Assembly: GCA_951406725.2 (NCBI GenBank)
Contig: OX597816.1
Coordinates: forward strand, 83,638,001-83,702,000
Direction of reading: 5' to 3'
DNA from: Octopus vulgaris
Lineage: Eukaryota
Length of the DNA: 64,000 nucleotides
Part shown: piece by piece, positions 1 to 14,501 of the stretch
Position numbering within the stretch: the stretch's first letter is position 1
Layout: the number at the start of each line of letters is the position of its first letter
The notes under the pieces: generated by a model
Databases searched by the model: none
What the model was told of the DNA's origin: nothing
Seen by the model: only the letters and a program-made list of their open reading frames with translations
Position numbers and translations under genes: made by a program

Positions 1-311
1 ACACAAAAACACACACACTCATGTATTTTAATATTGCCCCCTCACAAACACATACATGTATCTATCATCTCTATGCATATATGCGTGTAGAGAATTATAT
101 ATAAAATACATACCATGCACTCTTCGTCTACTTCCTCTCCTATAACACTACTTCCTACTCCTCCTTCTGCTCTATATTATCTCTCCCTTATCCCTTTAGT
201 TACACCTGCAGTTGACTTGCCTGTATTTGTCTTAACATTATTTATGTTTCCATTGAATAATTCCTTCTGCTAACAGCTTTCTTTTTATGGCATCCCTGCA
301 TACAATACACG

Positions 312-317
<6 letters not shown>

Positions 318-395
<78 letters not shown>
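318..395. repeat. (AC)n microsatellite
   Basis: Uninterrupted AC tract, representative of dozens of AC/AT/ATCT/ATGT tracts in the window. Confidence 0.95.
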
Positions 396-400
<5 letters not shown>

Positions 401-672
401 GCACACCACATGCACGCGCATACACGCATGCATGCATACATTCATTTGTATGTGTGTGTGGATTCGGTGTTTACAGCTGATGAAGTAAGCACGCATGCGT
501 CCTACGGTCTAATGACGTCATTCGTAGCCAAGTGATGTATTTTCCCAAATATTGATATAAAAAGAATAATACATTTTCCCCCTGTCAGGTATTTCCAGGT
601 CCGAGTGTACACGAACGTGTTGTATATACACGTCTATACTTCAGTTAACGCAGAAATATATGAACACATATG

Positions 673-830
673 GACGCAGACGTCGTTGTGTTGTAAGAAG
701 CTTACTTCCCAACCACATGGTTTCGGGTTCAGTTCCACTGCATGGCACCTTGGGCAAGTATCTTCTAATATAGCCTCGGGCCAACCAAAGCCTTGTGAGT
801 GGATTTGGTAGACGGAAAACTGGAAGAACC
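673..830 (+). mobile_element. SINE family A, 5' half
   Basis: tRNA-like head with B-box GGTTCAGTTCC, then GCACCTTGGGCAAGT (CORE-like) and GTGGATTTGGTAGACGGAAA. Matches the full copies at 43052 and 59270. Confidence 0.85.
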
Positions 831-1029
831 TTATTTTAAAAATCAATAAAATACAATAAATAAGGTTTTTATAGTATATGTCTTCTATATGCTGTGAATA
901 ACATCTTTCTTTATTGAATTGTTTAATAGAGGTTTTTCTCTAAATTATATACATACATTATATATTGTGAAATTTGATTTAAAATTGTTAAATTGAATTT
1001 TTCCCTGTAAGTTTTGGAATTATATTCCC

Positions 1030-1030
<1 letters not shown>

Positions 1031-1089
<59 letters not shown>
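1031..1089. repeat. (ATT)n microsatellite
   Basis: Pure ATT tract. Confidence 0.95.
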
Positions 1090-1569
1090 CTTTATTATAT
1101 ATATATGCATACATACATACGTACATACATGCATACATATACATACACATGCATATATATATATATATATATATATATAATGGAGTATATATAATATGCA
1201 TGTCTATGGTAGTATGGGAAGGCGTGGATGTGTGTGTGAGAGAATGTATGGGTGTTATGATAAAACTTAGACTTCAATTCTAGCGCCTCCAAATCCCTCT
1301 TATTATGACCTTTACCGCCACAACCACAACCACCGTCATCTTCATCAAAGCCATTCTCACTGCCACCATTATTACCATCGCCACCACCATCTTGAATATC
1401 AACAGCAAAGCCAACATCATAATTAACATAACAGTCTTGAACTACCAGCATAATCTGCAGCGGTTGCACTAACAAAAACAAAGAACTATGAACCAACGAA
1501 GCCGACCTCTAAGTGATCGTTGGACTTACAAAATGTAGCAGAAAAATTTTTGAACATTTTAAATAACAT

Positions 1570-2075
1570 GGCTCTAGGTTCCTTGCATATGACTGATCTC
1601 GATTAGTGGGACCGCCTTAAAGCCCTGAAACTCTACTCTCTCCAGCGCCACCGCGAGCGGCACGTCAGCATTGCCCAAGCGACCTCAACATTAGCTTCAA
1701 GGTTTATCCAAAACTGGGACCATGGGCCATACGTCCCCTGCCCAATTCAGGATCACAACATATAGGTACACTACGACACAATTTCTTTTTCTCAGCAGGC
1801 CCTGCACTGTTTAACATTGTCCCAGAACTGATCATAGAGGAAAAGGATCCCATCACCTTTAAACGGAATCTGAACAAATTTCTTCAAGGAGTACCAGGTA
1901 AACCACCTATACCTGGATACAACTCACTCAATAAGAACTCCCTACTTGAGTGGACCATGATACCACAAAACTTGACATTAAAAGGATTTAGATAATCCTA
2001 TCAGGTGGTGCTATTAAGTTAGACATGGCCTGGACCAATCTTTCGTCGAAACATATCTAAGTTTATCTATAGTTT
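1570..2075 (+). mobile_element. CR1-clade LINE, 3' fragment (degraded ORF2 C-terminus plus 3' UTR)
   Basis: Manual translation gives D*WDRLKALKLYSLQRHRER and NFFFSAGPALFNIVPELIIEEKDPITFKRNLNKFLQGVPGKPPIPGY. These match the CR1 ORF2 C-terminal motifs Y.ERL..L.L.SL..RR.R and F....P.LFN.LP...FK..LD.FL. Confidence 0.8.
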
Positions 2076-3537
2076 AAATTTATGAAAAAGTGGGACGCTC
2101 ATGCTTGGAATATCTTTGATCATAGTTCTGTTTGATCCCGGTTGAACAGTAATAACGAGAAAGATATATTCAATAACATAATAATAGGTTTTACCTTAAA
2201 ACGATGGGATGGTCGCGGCTGGCTTGCAGATTGTTGTGGTGGTGTTAGAAATGAAAGTCATTACTTTTATCACGAAGCACACACACGCGTGCATATCGAT
2301 GATTGATGTGTTCGATCGGAGCTGACTCGGGGCTAAACAACAGTAGCAGCAGCACCACCACCACCACCAACATCACAACCAACAGCAACAACAGCAACAA
2401 CAACAACACATCCATAATCATATTATCACAAGCCATTAACACCACCACAATGACTAACGTCAAAACTACCGCTACCAACACCATCACCATCACCAGCACC
2501 AGCACCAGCACTAGCACCACCACCAGTAACGCATCTATGATCAACACCGCCACAGCTGCGGCTATTATAACTTTATCCATCGTACGAAGAAGAGACGATA
2601 GATAGTGGTGATGGTGGTGGTGGTGGTGGTGGAGGAAACAATGATTAAAGGAGGTGGAAAATAAATTAAACGGAGTGGAGAGTAAAGCTGGGGTTGTAGA
2701 GGAGAGCATCATAAATGAATGGAGATCTCATTTGATAGAGATTTAGTGGAGTGTTAACACTGGTGGAAACTAGCGAAGGTTGAAGAGGAGAGAAGCAAAG
2801 AAACGATGAAGGCTCATGATCAGATCTGTGCGCTGCCTGCTGGCCAATAACTGGCTGGTCGAATAGCTGACGGGCTGGATGAATAGCTGCCTGGCTGACT
2901 GGCTGGCTGAGGAGCTCGCCAGGTGGTTGGTTGTCGTCTAGCTGGTTGAATTATAATGTCTGTTCTCATAGATATTGCCTATAGACGACGGTAATAACTC
3001 CCAAATCATCAATTCCCTCATTCGTTTATCAGTCTAAGTCAGTCAGACATTTTCTTCTTTACATCTCTTATAGTTTATCTCTTCTTCTCTTCCTTCACCA
3101 CCTTTTCCTCTACCCTTCCAGTCAGTCAGCCAGCCAACCAACCAACCAACCAACCAACCAACCAACCAGCCAGCCAACTAGTCAGTCACTCAGGCAGTCA
3201 TCAACCATGCTGCTGTCCGCCGGGGCCCAGTACAAGGAATAAGTTCACACCTTCTTACTGTTTGTGCAGCTGTGTCCCTCCTCATGACAAACTAGCCGGT
3301 CTGTTCCGTTCTCATTTGCTTTGTCTTCCTCTCTCTCTCTCTGTCTCTGTTTCTCTTTCCCTCTCTCTCTTTCCCTCCCCCTCTTTCTCTTTCCCTCCCC
3401 CTCTCTCTTTCCCTTCCCTCTCTCTTTCCTTCATTCACACACACTCAAACACTTCCTAACTGCATTCTACTTTCACTTTCTGCCGCGATGCCACCACCTC
3501 AGCCTTGTCATTGTCATTATTATTAAAACCACCATCT

Positions 3538-3885
3538 AAGGCGGCGAGCTGGCAGAATCGTTAGCACGTTGGTCGAAATGCTTAGCGGTATTTTGCCCGT
3601 CGCTACGTTCTGAGTTCAACTTCCACCGAGGTCGACCTTACCTTTCATCCTTTCGGGGTCGATAGATTAAGTATCAGGGAAACACTGGGGTCGATGTAAT
3701 CGACTCATCCTCTCCCCACAAATTTCAGGCCTTGTGCCTATAGCAGAAAGGATTACTAAAACCACTAAGGCGGTGAGCTGGTAGAATAATTACCGCGCCG
3801 GACAAAATGTTTAGCGGCATTTCGTTCGTCTACACGCTCTGAGTTCATATTCAGCCGAGGTCAGCTTTGCCTTTCATCCTTCCGG
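3538..3885 (+). mobile_element. SINE family B, one full copy plus a tandem second 5' part
   Basis: Head GGCGGCGAGCTGGCAGAATCG, B-box GAGTTCAA, central CCTTTCATCCTTTCGGGGTCGATA. A second head starts at about 3768. Confidence 0.85.
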
Positions 3886-4527
3886 GATGGGTGGTGGTGG
3901 TAGTAGTATAGGTGGTTTTGTTGTCTAGCCCTGATTTAGATGACCCATGATCGAGCAGTGCAAGGAACCCATTACCCAGTGTGACCGTTTCTAAGATGTG
4001 ATCTGATGGATATTTGTCCGCTGCTTCTAGTAGGACGAGGGACCTTGTACAGACTGTTTTGTTGGCTCGTGATGGTCAGTTGTAAATGAGATGTTAGTAG
4101 AGATAAAGGTGATATTATTAATCCTATCAATGATTGTAGCGATTTTGTTGAAGACGACAGCAAAGACAATGACATTGAATAACATAACGAGGATTGCTAT
4201 GAAGACATTGATGATGATGTTGATTATGATGATGATGGTGATGATGATGATGATGACGACGAGTTTCATCCTCAAGATGGAACAGCAGTTTCAACGAGCA
4301 GCCATATTCTGAGCAGTACACAAAATGGATCCCCTGTCAAACTTTCCGAAGACGCAGTCCTTGTGGTATCAAATCTCAAGTCAACACCTATCAAAGCCAT
4401 TCTAACATTTCAACTCGAATTGTAATATTGAACTTTCTGTTAGAAGTGACAATCAGGACGACGACAACAACGATGACGCCAATAATTGTTTCGGTGGGGA
4501 CCATGACGACAGTAGAAATAACAGTAA

Positions 4528-4533
4528 TTGATG

Positions 4534-4585
<52 letters not shown>

Positions 4586-4960
4586 CGATGATGATGATAA
4601 TAATGATGATGATGATGATAACGAGGATGACGATGATGATGATGATGTTGATGACGATTATGATGACGACTACGACTATGATGATTATGATGACGATGAT
4701 GACAATGACGATGATGATGACGATGGTGATGATGATGAAGATGATGATGATGATGATGATGACGATTATGATGATGATGATGAAGATGATGGTGATGATC
4801 ATGATCATGATCATGATTATGATGATGTGATGATAATGACGATGAGGATGATGAGATGATGTGATGATGATGATGATGATGATGATGACGATGGCGATAC
4901 TGGCGATAACAATGGACGACGACGACGATGCTGCTACTGCTGCTGCTGCTGATGATGATA
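4528..4960. repeat. Degenerate (GAT/GAC)n trinucleotide array
   Basis: Long GAT tract with GAC/AAT variants. It produces the poly-D, poly-M and poly-H pseudo-ORFs. Confidence 0.95.
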
Positions 4961-5416
4961 ATCATGAATGAACGGATAAATGAACAACAGAGCGAAACAT
5001 CACGCACATTAGCCGTCTTTTCTGGTGGTAACATGTGAAGAATGGAAAAACGGAAAGACAGGAATGGAAAAAAAGGACGGAAGAAAAGAGGACGCATCAC
5101 TAAAAGGACAAATAAATAAACAAATAAATAAATAAATAAATATAAATGGTGACATCGTAAAAAACAAAAAGAGTTTAAAAGAAACACAAAAATGAAGGCA
5201 ACCACACTTTTGGGGTGGAAACTTTGGTGTTGAGGGAGTAAAAAAAACAAAAGAACAAACAACAAAAAAAAAACACAAAGCAAGAGGACTAAAAGATTTA
5301 ATCTAAGTATTTATTTTGTTGTTTTGTTGTTTGTGTTTTCTTATTTCATCAAAAGTCAAGTTGAAAACAGATGTGAGTTTAGTTATCATTCAACAGCTAA
5401 AACACCCACAGCTCAA

Positions 5417-5495
<79 letters not shown>
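5417..5495. repeat. (ATT)n microsatellite
   Basis: Pure ATT tract. Confidence 0.95.
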
Positions 5496-5498
<3 letters not shown>

Positions 5499-5795
5499 AT
5501 CATCATCGTCCTGTATTAAGGTTATCGTTGTTATTGTTATTCTTATTGTTGTTGGTGGTGTTGGTGTTGTTATTTTAATTAGCATTGCTATTGTTGCATC
5601 TGGTAATGTTGTTCTGCTTTTAGTTGTTGTTATTGTTGTTGTTGTTGTTGTTGTCATTGTTATTATCATTATCTTATCATCTGAAATAAAAGTTTTCCCA
5701 GCATTTATTTTAGCTGGTGATGATTTATACTTAATGGGTCTCGCCTTATCAATTTAGAACGCGTTTGTGAGTTTTTGCGCGAATAGTGTACCTCG

Positions 5796-5835
<40 letters not shown>

Positions 5836-5859
5836 TATATACATATATATATACATATA

Positions 5860-5918
<59 letters not shown>

Positions 5919-6679
5919 GTATATGTATATGTGTATGTATGTATGTATATATATGTGTGTGTGTGTGCGTGTGTGTGTGTGTGTTTGTGTGCGAGTGTGT
6001 GTGTATCTGGCACACATACACACACGTGTGTTCATTTATGTATATATATATATATATGTGTGTGTGTATATATATACATGCATACACACACAGTTAGACA
6101 CACACACAGACAGACACACACACATACATATACACACATTGGTACAGGCACAGTAGCACAAATTGATGGCTGTGTAACGATAGTGTGAATGTTACTTAAC
6201 CCTCCAGAGATTTCTTCAGATTGAGGGCCACAAAGCATCTGACATTCATACACTTATTGTATAAATAAGAATACAACATCAATAACAATTTGACGATAAC
6301 GACGAAGCCAGCGACCGCAGCGCCGATGACGCCGATGATGCTGATGAAAAGGGGAAAGAAAAGCAGCAAGAACAACAGACAGGACCAGGGAAGGGAGCCT
6401 CTTGATCAAAGAAGGTGAAAAGAGCTGATGATGATGATGAACAACAGCAACAAACTCAAAAGCAGCAGCAGCAACAACAACAGCAATGCTAGCAAGAAAA
6501 AAAAAGCATCAACAATCCTCTTGACGAAAGACAGAAATTAAGAAAGCTTTTTGGTAGGGCGATACATTATCATCAAACCATCCTATGGAGCCATTAATAT
6601 ACTCAGCTTCCTATCTTTGCATATCTTGATGGGATTATGTATGGGAGGGGATTCCCTATATCACACATACACACATACC

Positions 6680-6710
<31 letters not shown>

Positions 6711-6774
6711 GTCTGCGTGTTTATGCATGTACGTGTATGTATGTATATATATATAAAGAGAGAGAGAAAGAAAG

Positions 6775-6806
<32 letters not shown>

Positions 6807-7144
6807 TGAGAGAAAAGTATATGGGCTTGAACTTGGTATTCCATCATTGGTGTGCTCTTTATATCACATTCTAGCCCTTCTCAGACCGCATAGAACCTTT
6901 TGGGATAACACAGCCACAGGGAGTTTTATGTGATTAACAATAAGAACCGAAACATGAACGATAAAATTGTTGCGCACTGAACGCATCTAGTATATATTCT
7001 CAAATTAGTGACTTCGTTTTTGTAAGCCACTCAGTGCAAATCTGAATTGAATTATCTAAATCTGTCATTGTCTCACTTGAGTAATTTCCCTTAGCTCACT
7101 CATCATAGTTATGCTTCTAAAATATCTTCATTCGTTGATCGAGC

Positions 7145-7261
7145 AGGTTTGGTTGGTCTGAGGCTATAGCAGAAGACACATGCCAAGTTACCACACAGTG
7201 GGACTGAACCCAGGACCGTGTGTTTTGGAACCAAGTTTCTTACCACGCAGCCACACCTGCA

Positions 7262-7263
<2 letters not shown>
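7145..7263 (-). mobile_element. SINE family A, 5' part
   Basis: Reverse complement of the family A head (CTTACCACGCAGCCACACCTGCACC, GTGGGACTGAACCC). Confidence 0.8.
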
Positions 7264-7332
<69 letters not shown>

Positions 7333-7372
7333 GTGTGTGCGTGTATGTATATATGTATGAATATATGTATGC

Positions 7373-7403
<31 letters not shown>

Positions 7404-7420
7404 TCTATATATATTTATAC

Positions 7421-7546
<126 letters not shown>

Positions 7547-7563
7547 TATACAATGTGCAGATG

Positions 7564-7639
<76 letters not shown>

Positions 7640-7689
7640 ATATATACATATATATGTGTGTGAGTGTATTTTTTAATAGTTTCAGTATT

Positions 7690-7930
7690 AATAGTGAAAC
7701 TATGAAAGTGAAAGTATCTGACATTAAAATAGAGAGATGTTGCTTCACATGTGACACGTAATACTAAAATAGTGGAAGAGACAAGAGATTGCTCTGGGCT
7801 CGCATTAGGCAAGAAATTGAACTTTTTTTGGCCCTTGGCACTACATGGACCCTAAGTAAGGCATGTGTAAAATTTGAATGAAATCGGTTGTGTAGTTCTC
7901 GAATTTTAGGGACACACATTCTCATCTATC
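7690..7930 (+). mobile_element. Non-autonomous Helitron/Helentron-like (Lep1/DINE-1 type) remnant
   Basis: TGTAAAATTTGAATGAAATCGGTTGTGTAGTTCTCGAATTTTAG followed by a short microsatellite. Resembles the AAATTT..AAATCGGT core of Lep1/DINE-1-like elements, recognised from memory only. Confidence 0.5.
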
Positions 7931-9069
7931 TATATATATATATATATATATTGTTGATGTCATAAAATGGATAGAGAAATTCGAAAGATTGTTTTGGTTC
8001 AATCGTTGTACATTTATCATGTTTACAAGAGATGTGGGTTCGTGTCCCACGAGCAGCCTTTGGCTTTTTCTATCCAAGGATATTTCTGCCCAGCTGGAGT
8101 CTCAGATGTAACTATACTAGCAAAGGCATGTCATCATAAACAGTGCTTCTCCTAGGTGGCTATGAGCGAGTCTCCGTACGGTTGCTGGGCATACACGATA
8201 TGAAAACTAATTATCCTTCAAAACCGCATGCAAATATTGTAAACATGGAACAAGATATTGGATAATAAATTCCTATATGCATTATGTCGGAGAAAAGCGT
8301 TGTTTTGTCATGGTTGGACTGTCTTGCATCACTGATCTTATATCAGAAGTTATCTAGAGCAAAACAAAAAATGGCATAGTTTTAAATATGCTGAGTAGTG
8401 TAATAGGCATCCGTACAGCCATCGTAAATATCAATACCATTATCATGATGACTAGTACTTAACAGCAACTTCAGCAATTAGTACTAATATTTAAACACGG
8501 TCGCTGTGGTCATAACACCTACGTTAGCTCCATGGATAACAGCGTGTCAGTTACAAACATTGCTGTCATAAGCAATGTTTCCAGCAACAACAGCAGAGCT
8601 AATGAAGTTGTCACTACTCGGTCTGCTCGAGCTGTTAGAGACAGTAGACAAATTTTCCTTAGCAGCGACAATACGTTGGATAATGTGAATCGTGGGTTTC
8701 TGGCCGATAGGAAAATGGCGGGATATCATTAATCGTAGATCTACTCAATCTGGGCTCATCCGGGGTGAAACACAACTAATAATAGCATGAACGTTATATT
8801 GTCATAACAATAAGATTATCTTCATAATCAGGCATAGACAGCAATTACATCGTCGCAAATGACAATAATGTTATCAGGAGTGAAAGTAGGACAACATCAG
8901 AAATATTGTCATAAGAACTATCAGAGCAACATGACTGTAACTATGGTTATACTCTATGAAATCATCATAAACAACAATTTCATATTTATGTTCTCGGCAT
9001 TGATAACAGTATACAATCATCATAAAAGACGGTTGCCATCTTCCTAATCATCACTCACACATTATAATT

Positions 9070-9215
9070 CGGATCTTTACGTCCTGAGTTCAAATCCTGC
9101 CGGGACTAACTTTTATTTTCATCTTTTCTATGTCTTTACCAGTGAAGTATTAGTTCGATTATATCGATTGTCTTCTCTCCTCAAAACCATTGAACTTATG
9201 TCTAAATTAAACTAT
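9070..9215 (+). mobile_element. SINE family B, degenerate
   Basis: CTTTACGTCCTGAGTTCAAATCC...TTTTCATCTTTT...ACCAGTGAAG. Confidence 0.6.
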
Positions 9216-9854
9216 TATTTGCACAGTATCCTTGAAGATCAAAATCTTAACTACGAGCCAAAAAGAAGAGTTTATGTCCTACTGTCATAAGAAATGAAAC
9301 GCTGGATAATTTTGTCCCCTATTCCCAGCGAATTTGGCAGAAAAATGTACTGGAGTTTCTTTGATCGTATTGGGATTGGCCTGGGGGTAACCGACCACAA
9401 TAACATGTTAACAGTTATCATTTCAAAATACATCAGCATAATAGAAAACCTCAACATTGTTTTTGCAAGTAAATTATCGAAACGGTATTAACATCATAAA
9501 TATCGTTGATACCATAATAATGACCGCAATCATGAACTTTTACTATAACCAGCACAGGGATTACCACTTCCATCAGCATCATAATACTCTTCGTAGCTAC
9601 CTACATATTGTTCAAGCAATTAGTATCATCAATTTCGTTTCAAATATCGCATGCTATTGTCATAAATCTCAACATTTCTGCGAAACCAAAACAGCAAACG
9701 GTATGAAAATATTTTGATCATAAACACAATGCTATTATAAACATAAATGCGCTACTCTCGTCATAAGCTTTAATAACGAAACTGTTAATTTTAATGCTAT
9801 AACTTCAATAATAGAGTTGGAAACAACGTTTTTTTCGCTGTCTTAAATATCCAT

Positions 9855-10012
9855 TCTAATATAGGTACAAGATCTGAAATTTGGTGGGGAAAGGGTCAGT
9901 CAATTACATCAACCCCAGTACTCAACTGGTACTTATTTTATCGACCCGAAAGGATGAAAAGCAAAGTCGACCTCGGCGGAGTTTGAATTCAGAACGTAAA
10001 GACGGACGAAAA
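9855..10012 (-). mobile_element. SINE family B, partial
   Basis: CTGGTACTTATTTTATCGACCCGAAAGGATGAAAAGCAAAGTCGACCTCGGCGG. Confidence 0.8.
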
Positions 10013-10711
10013 GCATCTCTCTCGCTTTCGTCGCCCAGATCACCGCTTTTCACTGTTAAATATGAATGTCAACATCATAACATCATAACCTCAAAAGAAT
10101 ATCCAAAATAACCCATTCGGCTCTGACGTCATTTTGGCTTTCCAATGATACCAAATTTCACTGGTCACATAATCTCGTGTACATAAACGTAGCAAAAAGT
10201 CGCATGATGTTATTTTGCGGTTGTATTCAACCAAGCAAACCACTTCATTTTGGCGGGGATCACTTTTGCAAGCTGATCATATTGAGCCATATGTATCTCA
10301 TATAAACAACATGATTTTCCGTGGATAATCAGGGTTTGTCGTAGGAACGCCCGACTTCTTGCCTTGAAGCACGTTTCTTCACACACTTTCTCACCATTTA
10401 TCATTCTCTCTAACCCTCTCCCATACAAATATGAAGAAAACACTTTTACTCAGACCGTAAAAGACATTCTCTCACAGATATATATATATATACTTTCTGA
10501 CAGTCACTGTATGAAAACAACAATATTTCGTCATTTCATATGAATAGAATGAATAGAATAAATTCCACGCAATGTGAAGATTTTAGTTCTTACAAACTAA
10601 TAAATATATTTTCTCTTTACGTTCTCTCTCTCTTCTATTACACGCACGCACGCACGCAAGCAAGCGCAAACACACATACATACACACTCACACACGCACA
10701 CATATATATAT

Positions 10712-10874
10712 GATGGTTTCTTTTATTTTCCATCGACCAAAACCACTCACAAGGCCTTGGTAGGCCTAAGGATATAGTAGAGGACACTTGCCCAAGGTGC
10801 CATACAGTATGATTGAACCCGGAAACCATATGGTTAGGAAGCCAACTTCTTACCACAACAGCCGCGCCAGCGCC
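10712..10874 (-). mobile_element. SINE family A, 5' half
   Basis: CCACTCACAAGGC...ACACTTGCCCAAGGTGCC...CTTCTTACCAC. Confidence 0.8.
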
Positions 10875-11312
10875 TATGCTTAGGCCTTAAATATATATGC
10901 ATACGTGTACGTATGTATATATGCATGTATGTATGTATATATATGTGTGCATATATATATGTATGTGTGTGTATGTCTGTGTGTGTATCTGGCTGTGTGT
11001 TTATGCGTGTGTGTGTGTGTACGTACATTAGCCATTTTGTTTTCAGAAAAGACGCACCGAAATTTTCAATTCCGTGAAAAAGAACCTTAGTACGAAACAT
11101 CAGAAACTTCTCTCACAACAACACGAAATTTACTTACACTCACTCACCCCTCAAACACACACAATAACACACACACACATACACACGTATTCAAACATAC
11201 ACACACGTATTCACACGCGCAAGCGCATCTATATGTTATTCATATGTATATATGGTATAAATATGTATGCGCTGTATGTATGTATGTATACATATATATA
11301 TATACATATATG

Positions 11313-11391
<79 letters not shown>

Positions 11392-11769
11392 ATATATATA
11401 TACATGTACTTATTTTTAATATACATAAAATAGATGTACGCATATATGTACGTGTGTGAATATTTATATGTATACACGCGTGTGTCTATGTGTGTGTTTC
11501 TGTGTGTGTGTGTGTGTTTGTGTGCGTGATTGTGTATAGGCGCGTTTCGCCGTTTGTGTCTCTGTTTATATATATGTACGTCTGTTTCTTTGTCTAGGTA
11601 TCAGTTTGCACGTTGACTATGTCAGTATGCGAATATAAAGAGTACATAACCCATGCGTGTTTAGCCAATAATAGACGTCAATTCTTTTATATAAAACATG
11701 ATGGATGCCTTTCTCTTTGGAAACAGATTTCTGCCAAATCTGAACTTCAACACCAACATTTCTCCCCCC

Positions 11770-12186
11770 CACCCTTCCGCACCACCACCACCACCACCAC
11801 CACCACTACAACAATAACAACCGAAACAACAGTAACATTTCACAACCACACCATCTTGTAATCACGATCAGCAGCGGCAGCAGCAGCAGCAGCAGCAGCA
11901 GCACCACCACCACCACCACCACCACTACCACCACCATCACAACAACAACAGCAACAATAACGGTTAGCCCACACTACGACGATCAAAACTACCACTTGCT
12001 GTATGTAGCACAGCATCAACTATCATCACCACCACCACCACCACCACCACCACCACCACCACCACCACTACCACCACTACCACCTCCACTACTAACATCA
12101 GCATCATCACGGTTGCAACCAGCAAAACACTACCATACTAACACCAACACTACTATTTTTACCACTACTATCATTACTATCACCAA

Positions 12187-12230
<44 letters not shown>

Positions 12231-12648
12231 TTACTACTACTACTATTAGAACTACCACTTCTACTTCTACTACTACTGCTGCTGCCACTACTACTCTACT
12301 TCAAAAGCTACTACTATACTACCACCACTACCACCAACACTACTAAGTTTACAAACACCATTACAACAACCAACACCACCATTACTGACACCAACACCAT
12401 TTCTACGACCTCCTTCAATACCACCATCATCACCGACAACTCCCCCACACCACTACCTATACCATCAGCGTTATCACCTCCTCTACTCGTGCCATTCCCA
12501 CCAACACATAGTTTACTGCCTCCACTACAGCATCTTCTATTACAAACATTTCTATACCACCATGACCACCACCACTACCACGATGACCACGACCACCACC
12601 ACTACCACGACCACGACCACCACCACCGTTACCACTACCGTCATACTA

Positions 12649-12720
<72 letters not shown>

Positions 12721-12880
12721 ATACTACTACAACCAACACCATTCTGCAACCACTTCCACTACCATAAATACTTTCACCATCACATGTGCCATCGCCACCG
12801 CATCAGGCGCCGCTGCCGCCACTCTCACCACCATCCTGTCCCTTCTGCCCCCAACAATCCCACCATCACCACCAGAAACC
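11770..12880. repeat. Compound trinucleotide low-complexity island (CAC/CAG/TAC/CAA)
   Basis: Interleaved trinucleotide runs. Similar islands occur at 14240-14760, 51000-53120 and 55090-55660. Confidence 0.9.
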
Positions 12881-13107
12881 TTTAAGATACTGTCATATAA
12901 TTTCTTTTATTCTTTGTTCAATCTTTAATTGTGTTGTTTCTTCATATATTCTCACTGACACACACACACACCCTCTCTCTCTCCCTTTCTCTCAATGTCT
13001 TCTCTTCTCTGACTATTTCTTCCCTTTCTTTGTTTATTTAGTCTTAAGTACTACAGCGTAAATCATAATTTAAACGCCAACAATGTCAGTCGAAACGATG
13101 ATGATGG

Positions 13108-13175
<68 letters not shown>

Positions 13176-13297
13176 GTGATTAAGGAGGGACAGGCAAAGT
13201 ATGATGGTAAAGACGACCATGATAGAGAAGATCATCACTATTGTAATGAAGTGAAATAAACAACACGACCATAACAACAACAACAACACTAATAATC

Positions 13298-13920
13298 CTT
13301 TCTACTACAAGCGAAAAGCCTGAAATTTGAGGGGGAGGGGACTAGTCAATTACACTGACCTCAGTGCTTAACTGGTACTTATTTTATCGAGCCCCGAAAT
13401 GATGAAAAGCTAAGACGACCTCGGTGGCAAATGAACCCAAGACGTAAAGAGGAACAAAAATGCCGTTAAGATTTTGTTCGGCGTGCAAACCATCCAGCCA
13501 GTTCGCCGCCTTAACAACAACAACAATAACTGGCACAAGACCAGCAATTTCAGGTAAGGGTAGTTTTGGTGGGCAGGTGATGAGTCGGTTACATTGACCC
13601 CAGTGTTCAACTGGTACTTATTTTATCGGCCCCGAAAGGATGAAACTCGGAATTTGAACTCAGAACGTAACGGCAGACGAAATACCTATTTCTTTACTAC
13701 CCACAAGGGGCTAAACACAGAGAGTCCAAACAAGGACAGACAAACGGATCAAGTCGATTATATCGACCCCAGTGCGTAACTAGTACTTATTTAATCGACC
13801 CTGAACGGATGAAAGGCAAAGTCGACCTCGGCGGAATTTGAACTCAGAAAACTAACGGCAGACGAAATACCGCTAAGCATTTCGCCCGGCGTGCTAACGT
13901 TTCTACCAGCTCGCCGCCTT
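13298..13920 (-). mobile_element. Cluster of family B SINEs (one monomer plus one composite dimer)
   Basis: Three copies of the family B core. Heads end at about 13511 and 13920 (CCAGCTCGCCGCCTT). An alternative tail CTATTTCTTTACTACCCACAAGGGG is joined at about 13686. Confidence 0.85.
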
Positions 13921-14260
13921 GGTAATGATGATGATATTGATTGTATTAGTAGTGGTAGTGGAATGGTGAGTGATGATGATGGTGTTGTTGTTGTTATTAG
14001 TGGTGGTGGTGGTTGATGGTAGTGGTGAAGATAGACACTGATAATACTGTTGCTGATAGCCTTAATATTAAAAGCCTGCACCGGCCGTAGATCACGTTGA
14101 ATTTGACAGCTTGCCACGCACAGCCAAACACATGCACACACAAGTGCTCATACACTTGCAGACAGACATTCCTTCAAACACACATAATACACAAGCAAAC
14201 TCACAACAAAAAAGCATATATCTTAATCAACATTAAGTATCATCAACCACATCATCATCA

Positions 14261-14301
<41 letters not shown>

Positions 14302-14428
14302 ATCGTTACAGACATCATCATCAGCAGCATCATCACAACCATCGGCGCTTTAGTCACCACAACAACTCTTATCGTTAGCGGAATCACCATTACGTCGTTA
14401 TCTTCGCCGTCGTCACTTCATCATCTTC

Positions 14429-14501
<73 letters not shown>

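Noticed and set aside
478-540. CTGATGA as a possible hammerhead core
   Set aside because: No stem II followed by GAAA downstream.
4428-5283. Long poly-Asp, poly-His and poly-Met ORFs (up to 276 aa)
   Set aside because: They are translations of a (GAT)n array open in several frames on both strands, with no domain or splice evidence.
10100-10511. Tc1-like end (ACTTTCTGACAGTCACTGTA) and adjacent complex sequence
   Set aside because: Only one end is visible and there is no coding signal, so it cannot be delimited.
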